Under the pieces are notes generated by a model. It was given only the letters and a program-made list of their open reading frames with translations, did not search any database and was not told the DNA's origin. A stretch of 58,912 nucleotides of DNA, counting the filler, from Sphacelaria rigidula (Eukaryota), in NCBI GenBank assembly GCA_964200075.2. It is 10 parts of 10 records of this genome, joined end to end, with 100 filler letters (N's around TTAATTAATTAA, not from the genome) between each part and the next. Parts side by side here need not be neighbours in the genome. Positions count along the whole stretch, not along the records: positions 53,113 to 58,912 come from CAXNAA020024367.1; 9 more parts are not named here. One strand, written 5' to 3'. The position numbers and the translations under genes are program-made. Positions 57,110 through 58,912 of this stretch are shown here, one piece after another (within the stretch, counting starts at the first letter, position 1; every line of letters starts with the position of its first letter).

Positions 57110-58117
57110 GAAAACCTCACGAGAGAGCTGGACAGGATACGCCCGCATCTTGAGTGGTTTCAACGCGTTGCTGCTGCCAACCCCAAGCCAGCACGTTTCG
57201 ACTCGGCAAACACAAGACGTACGCCTCACATCCAAGCCCTTTCCGCGGAGAGTGCAATTGAAAATGTCCACAATGCCAGGCACAACGACGAAATCATTGT
57301 AGCAGACGATGCCCACGCGGCATCAGGAAAGCCCGTTAAGGATACTGTCGCCCAGCCAACCATGCAACGGTGTTACTTTGAACGAGCTGATACCAAGAAT
57401 AACGATGGAGGGGGTGCAACAGGCGTTGGTAGCGCACTGCGGAACGCTGGTGACGCTGGCAGCGAGGTGGTGGGGGGTGGGCTCGGGTCGGGGGTTGGTA
57501 GAGATGGTAGCGCGGCAATAGCAGCTGACGAGGCTGGTCGACCGGAGACGAGTGAGGATTCGTCAGCGTTTCTGGTGAAAAGCGGGTCAGCTGACGCGGC
57601 GGCGGAGAGGAGCGGTGGCAGGAGAGGAAAGACAAGTGTGGCGATGGCGCCGTCGAAGGCGGGCGATGTCAGCGACGACGAGCGACGAGGCGCGGAGTCG
57701 GTCCAGGTGCATGACGCGGCGGAGGTGGCGGCGGTGACCGAGAGGGTTCACCCGATGCCAGGGGTTGATGCAGCCTGCTCCGATGATGTCGTCGAGACTG
57801 GCGCGTCGGTGGAGGCTGTTGGCGCGGACCCGGGGCCGGTCAGTGTCGAAGATCGAGCACGCCCGTCGGCACCGGCGGCTGAGAGTCCTGCGGTCGCTGT
57901 GGACGGGGCAGGCATGGAACCGTCCGTGGCGGCTGCTTCGCAGAGCAGCGGTGAGCCGAAGGGATGTCTCATGGGCTTGTCCCGATCGGAGATTGAGAGT
58001 CGCGAGCATCACCTGAAGCGCAGGACCGCCGAGGAGGAGGAGCAGGCAGAAGCTCGTCGACACGAGTGCATGGCGGAGTTCGGGCAAGCCAGGGTCTCGG
58101 GCGGGGCGGAGTATCTG
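57110..58117 (+). CDS. Large exon of the same unknown protein (coiled-coil end plus Ala/Glu/Ser/Gly-rich disordered region)
   Basis: ggcag|GAA AAC CTC (ENLTRELDRIRPHLEWFQR) is open for 1008 nt to CTG|gtgagt. Same frame as ORF 57362-58378. GC-rich. Confidence 0.72.
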
Positions 58118-58501
58118 GTGAGTGGTGTTTCCCTTGGTCTCCTCCCCAGTGGACTCACCGCGAGAGAGCCATGGCATTGTTGTGTCGAGGTTAGCTGTAT
58201 GGCACGGTGCAGTATCGCGGTGCGTGTGAGGGAGCGTGGGGCTGGTTCGTGTCGAGACGAGACAAGTAGCCTGACGCTCGTGTATAGCGCGTGTCGGTAC
58301 CCTGCTGGTCGGCTGTTGGGGTATGATACGGCAGTGCGTGTGTGGCATCGTCTCTCGCCTGTGAGGCGACTAGCGTAGGGTCTTGCGTATCTGTCTTACT
58401 TTTGCGTGGTCGGTACTTGTTGCGCATGCAACATTTGCCCGGTGGGTGCAACAAAGGTGTATCGTCTGACGTGCCCGCGACTGTCTGGCTCTTGCGTACA
58501 G

Positions 58502-58615
58502 GTCAGCAAGGAAGAACAGGGTTTGAAGGGCGCTCCACAGTCTGTGCTGCACCGGCGAGTCGTGCTGAGGTCTGATGAGATCGTTCGTTCTGCCTGGGTG
58601 TCCGAGGACGTTGAG
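58502..58615 (+). CDS. Next exon of the same unknown protein
   Basis: tacag|GTC...GAG|gtacgc, 114 nt, phase 0. Encodes VSKEEQGLKGAPQSVLHRRVVLRSDEIVRSAWVSEDVE. Confidence 0.6.
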
Positions 58616-58912
58616 GTACGCGTCATCGCCTGATACCTGTATCTGTAGAGCAAATCGGGTTGTGTTGGGGAAGTGTTCGAGTCGGGGGGTTCCACGCTGG
58701 AGTCATATGGGTGCGAATTTCGAACGTCTTGGGTACTGTACTAGCGTGCTAGCAATGGCGGCACTGAAGGGCGTATTCGCGATGGTCTCACCCCGCGTTT
58801 CTATATCACCTTTGCGGTGTGTGTGTGTGCTCTACATGATGGGTGTGTTTCACGTGTTTGCTTGCTCCACGTGTCTGTGGGTTTCAAGTGCTTCACGTTC
58901 CTGTGGAAAACG

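Overview
This is eukaryotic nuclear DNA, most likely from a brown alga or related stramenopile (inferred from the short GT-AG exons in long repeat-filled introns and the style of the repeats). It is not one locus. Nine artificial 100-bp spacers (N44-TTAATTAATTAA-N44) join ten unlinked scaffolds sorted by length (5802, 5802, 5802, 5801 x6, 5800 bp), so adjacency across a spacer has no biological meaning. Most ORFs in the track are spurious. Coding content I can support: four phase-compatible exons of a tyrosinase-type (type-3 copper) protein with an unusually long insertion in CuB (13310-17104, minus); a multi-exon coiled-coil/low-complexity gene (54470-58615); a terminal exon (18306-19297); and an exon with 29-aa repeats (34283-34629). 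Other features: an intact tRNA-His(GTG) preceded by two T-loop-truncated tandem copies; a decayed, internally deleted Copia LTR element with LTRs, half-tRNA PBS, PPT and TSD (48369-52711); a decayed LINE; two tRNA-derived SINE families that appear to share a central core; several MITEs with readable TIRs/TSDs; and a G-rich higher-order tandem repeat. I found no CRISPR array, operon or prokaryotic defence system, and no clearly new multi-gene system.
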